Below, piece by piece: positions 57,459-64,000 of a stretch of 64,000 nt of DNA; the first letter of the stretch is position 1, and each line of letters begins with the position of its first letter. A model generated the notes under the pieces. It searched no databases, was not told the origin of the DNA, and saw only the letters and a list, made by a program, of their open reading frames with translations. The translations under genes and the position numbers were made by a program. The stretch comes from the human T2T-CHM13v2.0 reference genome, Homo sapiens. The stretch is taken from assembly GCF_009914755.1 (NCBI RefSeq), contig NC_060929.1; one strand, given 5' to 3'.

Positions 57459-58649
57459 GCATTCTTGTTTTCATCTGTGAAATACGTTTTTAAGGTAAAT
57501 ACTTAAAGTTGATGGAGACACCTGGTCTACTTAAGCTCTCATTCAGAACACACTGCCTTGTGCTTTTAAAAAAATTAAATGGATAATCTAAATTGGCAGC
57601 TACCAATTAATTTATATCCATAGTTGCTAAAAAATGTTAGTGTAAGTTCATTTTTATTAGTCGCATCATTTTGAGTTTTAAACTATTTCACATGCAGTAA
57701 AATTTATACCTCTTATGGGTTTTGTCAAACAGTGGTTTAGTCACCAACACAATCACGGTATAGAAGCTCTCAAGCTCCTTTTCAGTCACCCCCTTCCTCC
57801 AGCCCTTTGCCCTGGTCGCCACTGATCAGTATTCTCTCCTTTTAAAAACACTTATTATTTGGAAATAATTATAGACACAGGAAATTGCAAAAATACTACA
57901 GCACCTAGAGTCCCGTGTACCTATCACCTAGTTTCCTCCAATGGTGACATCTTACACAACTGTAGTACAAGATCAAAAAACTATGTCATGTAGTTTGAAG
58001 GCAGGTTTTCCTTTCACTTCTTCGCCTGCATTTTCTCCTTTCATTTCCAACAAATTTAACTCTGTTGTTAGAAGGAGCAGATGCTAGTTTTCTTTCAGAT
58101 GTCTGCTATTTCAGTTCGATTACCCCTGTTACTCCTACATTTTTTCTAGTCTTTATCCCCATCGTTTCGCCCCAATTTAATTTTGCTGCTAGTTTTTTTT
58201 TTTTCTCCTCTGGGATATGTGCCACAGATGGTACTATTGTCAATATTCGAATTCCTAACTTCTCCCTCCATCCGTAAGTTTTCAAGGGGTAGCCGTGCTT
58301 GTGCTTAATTGTGGTGTTTACAGGACTTTTTGTAGCGTAAGCATGCTGGCATGGTTCCCCAACCTCTTAGGGGGATGCTAGTAACCCGCTCCCCCGTCAA
58401 CGAGCCGCCTTTGTGCTCCGCGGAGGGCACCGCCTGCGTTGGGTTGGAGGTGGGGGTTGGCGGGGGAGAGCTGCCCGCCAGGCGAGGGGCGGGGCCTTGG
58501 CGGGGGTGGTCGCGGGCGGCGGGGAGGTCTCGCTTCCCTCCTCTCCACCCGCTCCCAGTCCCGGCCTGGGTCTCAGCCCCGCCCTGCCCAGAGCGCGCGG
58601 CCGATCACGTCACCGGCCTGCGCTAGGCGGCCCCCACGGCGCGGGAAGG

Positions 58650-58934
58650 CGCAGTGCGCACGCTCCGACTCGGCCGTGGCGGACCTGACTGAAGGAGGCC
58701 GCGGACCTGACTGAAGGAGGCCACGGCCACTTCTGGTTGGCCTCGGGGCGCGCTGGCTCGGCTCTTCCTCCGCCCTCGAGGCCCCCGCAGTCCCATCATT
58801 CAGTTCCGTAGGGTCACCGGCGCGGCAGTGGCCTCGCAGGGCGCTGGGTCCCTCTCCCCAGCTCTCCTCCCCCTGGCCGCGTCGCCCCGCCCTCGCCGGG
58901 CTGGGCTGCGGGGTCAGGGGCCGAGCGGAGAGGG
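58650..58934 (+). other. Probable non-coding first exon of an unidentified gene (start approximate)
   Basis: Follows the promoter motifs, contains no ATG, ends at strong donor GGG|GTGAGT (GT at 58935). Confidence 0.7.
58679..58722 (+). repeat. Perfect 22-bp tandem duplication
   Basis: GCGGACCTGACTGAAGGAGGCC x2. Confidence 0.97.
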
Positions 58935-59745
58935 GTGAGTATTCCCCACAGCCCTTGCCGGTTGCCTCCTCCCGGCTCTGCTTCCCACACGGTCCTTGCC
59001 CCACTCCTAGGACAGGGAGGAAGGGCACGCGCGGGTAGGCGGGAAACAGCCCAGTCCTGAACAAAAGGCCGGGGAAGCGGGTCCCCGCCGGTAACTGCAG
59101 GCCTGTGCTGGCCGCCGCGAGCGGGGAAGGGCGAGGACACTCCCTCCTCGGGGACCCGGTCCCCGTCGCGCACACGGTGTCACCAGCACACCTGGCCCAG
59201 TACCCAAAGCACCCTCGAAGTGGGTAGTAACTACTTTGTGTTTAAAATCCACATACTGATAGCAAATCTTTGGTTGAAACAGTATTAAATTACTGGGGCT
59301 TCCAGTGACTGAGTCCAACTTAATTTGAAGTTTCAGATTAAGTATCAGGAGGAATAACTTGATATTTAGAGCCAACAGGTCTTTCTTTTTTTTTTAAACC
59401 TCCCAAAAAACCTATAAAATCAAGAATTGGCGGGGAGGACCGGAGAATGATAAAGGAATAGTTGACTGATTTATAGAAACTTTTAGTGGCGGTAAAAATT
59501 ACAAAAGTATTGGAAATAAGGCAAAAGGACAGCATGTTTTTTTCAGAGTCAAAATGGAGCCTAACAGGCCCACCTGAAGATGATTTAGATGTCTAGGGGA
59601 CTATATTTTGTTTGGCATGATGATATTGATTAGGGCCTAGGCTTTGTAGTTAACATCTTTTTCATTAATGGAGATGCAAATTATTTCTGAGTGGGAGAGA
59701 AAAAAATACAGTACTCCTAAAGGTTGTAGTTTTAGTGCCTTGTAG

Positions 59746-60060
<315 letters not shown>

Positions 60061-61609
60061 TAACCATTTTTCTGTCTAACCTATCAAACTTACCATCCTT
60101 TCTTCAGTGTTTATGCTCAGTTCCTGAAATGCTTTTGAGCACACTAAGCCATTCAGCTTGTTCCATTGTGAGTTTAATAAATCTTTGTCACAGGTTCATT
60201 TTGAGTCATATTTATAACTTTTGTTATTGGACAATGGTCTCTATTCTTTAGTGGCAAAAACAAGTTTATGCTTCTCAGGATGGAAGGACATAGGCCCTGT
60301 GTGGTACTCAAATACATCTTAGGACTCCAAGTAGAATCCTTTCTCATTGCTTCAGAAAGGTTAAACAGTGACCAGAGGAAATGTTACAGAACTTTGACCA
60401 AAAAATAAATCCTGAGTATTGAGAAATTAAAATTAAAGTCTTGCAAATTGCAGAGTTTAAAAATTGTTATTGATATTTTAAATTGAAGAAATTAGTGGAA
60501 ATAGTAGTTCTAAATTGCATACATTTGAATGTGGAGTGTTAAAAGATTATTTCCCTTGTCTCCTGTTTTATTTAGGATAAGGTTAACTGAGATTTTGGTA
60601 CATGGTGGGCCATTCAAGTTATGTATAATGTTTTGTGACAAACTACATGTCGACAGTAGTTCCTGATGCCTAATACATTTCTGAGAAAGGTAAAGCAGCC
60701 CTTTAGGAAAAACAAGGAGAGTAAAGCTTACAGAAGATTTCTTAAGATGGGCTTGATTTGATTATCTTTGAAACCTAGAGATGTGTTTGGGACCCAGGAG
60801 GTTGTGTTTGAATCATAAATATAATCAGGGAACCTTAAGAAAAAAAAAGCCATGGAGATCATTTGGTGATTATCTATTGAAAACAAATGTTTTCAGGGGA
60901 CAAGCAGCCTGAGTATAATAAAGCAATTAGAAAGTTGGGGAATGGAGAATAGGAGAATAAGCTGTACCTGAAGGAATCTTAATTAGGGAATGGTTGCTGA
61001 AAACTGCAGAGACAAGACTTCTCTAATGTGCTTACCTGATCACATAGTTTTATAGGATCCAGGAAGAGGGCTTAGTAATAGGAGTGTAGCTTTGAAGCTA
61101 GGGTTATTTCATATCACTGTCATGTAACATCTTTCTGAGAAAACCTTTTTATCATCTCTTCTGAGCTCAAGAACCTACACTGGTTTCCTATTGCCAATTG
61201 TTTTAAATGGAATCTCCTTTGGGTTTTTTGGTTTCTTCTTTTGGTTTTTTAAGAAGTGGGGTCTCTAAGTTGCCCAGGCTGGAGTGCAGTGGCTATTTAG
61301 AGGCACAATTAGAAGGCACTACACAGCCGTGACTCCTGGCTCAAGCAGCCCTCCTGCCTCAGCCTCCTGAGTAGTGAGGACTAAAGGCGAGAGCTATGTC
61401 TCCAAGCTTCCTTTGAGTTTTAAGACTGTAAACTTCCTGCACCCTGTCCCCAGATTCTCAATATCCCTCAATCTATACTCTCCATTCAGGTTCTTTACTG
61501 GTCTACCTCATTTCAATCTGTTCCAAGGTTCACTGCCACTGCCCCATCCCTTCTATTTCTTTCTTTCTATATCCTCCTATAATTCAAGGATTAACTGAAA
61601 TCTAACTAC

Positions 61610-61800
61610 TGTAGGGCCCAGGCTCTGGTTCCAGACTTCCTTAGGTCAAATTACTACACTTAACAGCTGTGTTACCTTGGACAAGTTACCCTCTCTGTCT
61701 CAATTTCCTTATCTATAAAATAAAGAAAATCCTAGTAATTTACCTCAAAAAGTTGCTCTGAGGATTTGTTACTAGTTCTTAATACATAGTAATATATGCA
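61610..61800. mobile_element. MIR
   Basis: CAGCTGTGTTACCTTGGACAAGTTA...CTCAATTTCCTTATCTATAAAAT. Confidence 0.75.
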
Positions 61801-62027
61801 ATTTTAATTATTTTAATCCATACTAATTCTTTAAACAGTGGTTGTACAATTTATCACTGTTTTTTGTTATCCATTATTCTCTGATGTTCTTTTCAATGTG
61901 AATCTTTACTTAAAAATTTGATTACTTTGAGAAGAATGTGTATTCTGAAAAATAAAAAAATATTTGGTTACAAACTATTGAAGGCAAAGACTGTATTATA
62001 CTTCTTTTTGAAAGTCTCTTAAACCAA

Positions 62028-62946
<919 letters not shown>

Positions 62947-63036
62947 TTATTAAAGGTAGGCCACAAAGTTCCAAGCTTCATGGTGGTCAAAGGAAAGAAG
63001 GAAACATATTTATTGCCCAGCAAAAACAGCTTCCTG

Positions 63037-63839
63037 TGTTAAAATAATTAATTGGGAGGCCATTGCCTGAGGAAGCTCCAGTGCCCTGGGTTCCTACATA
63101 AACAGACTTACACCAAACTCAGTGTAAATGGTTGTATTCTAGGAAAATGAAACTTTAGCTTAACCAATCAGAAACCATCAACTAACCTCTAACCACTGAC
63201 TTTTACTGGAATGATCCAAGTAAGGCTACTCCACTTTGACCAATCACAGATTTTCTTGGCCTTGCTTCTGCCGTTCACTCTTCAAAAGCCTTCTAACTGT
63301 GTCCTTTTGGTGCAGCCCCATATTGCTTGCATTCTGGAGCTGACCAATTCATTAATATGCCTAGTGTTCCATTATTGGAACGCTAAGCTTGTGGGAGTTA
63401 TTTATATCCTGCTCATGGTCATCGCCAAGGTCTGATTTTTCACAAAAAAAATTTGCAACCTCCAGCATAAATGGGTTAACCATTGTCTGCTTAAATAAAC
63501 ATTTTCTTGTTTTTGTTTTTTGAGACAGTATCTTGTTGTGCCGCCCAGGCTGGAGGGCAGTAGTGCAGTTATGGCTCACTGCAGCCTCAATTTCCTGGGC
63601 TCCAGCTATCCTCCCACCTCAGCCTCCCAAGTAGCTGGGACTACAGGCATGCACCACTATGCCAGGCTAATTTTTGTATTTTTTTGTAGAGGCGGGATCT
63701 CACCATTTGCCCAGGCTGGTCTTGAATTCCTGAGCTCAGGCAATCCACCTGCCTTGTCCTCCCGAAGTGCTAGGATTACTTTGCCTGACCTCAAATAAAT
63801 CCTTTAAAATTTTAATGTGCCTTGGTTTATCTTTTAGCA
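63037..63839 (+). mobile_element. ERV1-type solo LTR containing an AluJ (63503-63790)
   Basis: TGTTAAAATAATTAATTGGGAGGCCATT start, CCAATCA boxes, AATAAA, ends TTTATCTTTTAGCA. Confidence 0.65.
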
Positions 63840-64000
63840 CCTAGTAAATATTTAGTGAGTGAAATGGAGATTGTGATCACAGATTTTAAAGGATACGCTG
63901 AGGCCCTAGAGTTAAATTCTCTAGACTTTGTTAATTCCTTACCTACTTCCCAGTATTTCTCAAAGGGAGCTCTACTGGCATTTTTACAGACAACTCTTCA

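Larger units (their letters stand above)
58380..59220 (+). promoter_or_regulatory. CpG-island promoter
   Basis: Very GC- and CpG-rich non-repeat block; GC boxes GGGGCGGGG (58486) and CCCCGCCC; TCACGTCA CRE/E-box-like site; GCGCAGTGCGCA NRF1-like site; no TATA box. Confidence 0.92.

Noticed and set aside
58650-58934. Assigning a gene symbol to the first exon
   Set aside because: No coding exon is in the window and I do not recognise the UTR reliably; a BLAT search is needed
58351-59375. Overlapping ORFs up to 200 aa in the CpG island
   Set aside because: Stop-poor GC-rich DNA gives low-complexity R/G/P/A ORFs; no recognisable domain

Overview
Primate (human-like) genomic DNA, mostly interspersed repeats, with no intact protein-coding gene. 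About 40 Alus plus L1, L2, MIR, CR1/L3, MaLR/ERVL/ERV1 LTRs and DNA-transposon relics fill bases 1-58000. Landmarks: (i) a deleted-type HERV-H provirus (39921-45854, + strand) with both LTR7-type LTRs, a tRNA-His PBS, a splice donor and a 5-bp TSD, inserted into an Alu; (ii) a 5'-inverted (twin-primed) L1PA with a TSD (19656-21220); (iii) a multi-level nest of AluY in MST in LTR8 in MLT1 that also carries a G25 run (32316-34290); (iv) a CpG-island promoter with a non-coding first exon on the + strand (about 58380-59220, donor GT at 58935), followed by intron 1. I cannot name that gene. The most interesting signal is LTR asymmetry in the HERV-H: the 5' LTR lacks a 51-bp repeat unit containing the ACAAAAGA SOX-type motif, while the 3' LTR, which faces the downstream gene, keeps it. 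I found no evidence of a wholly new multi-gene system. Subfamily calls are from recalled consensus sequences, and boundaries of old repeats are approximate.
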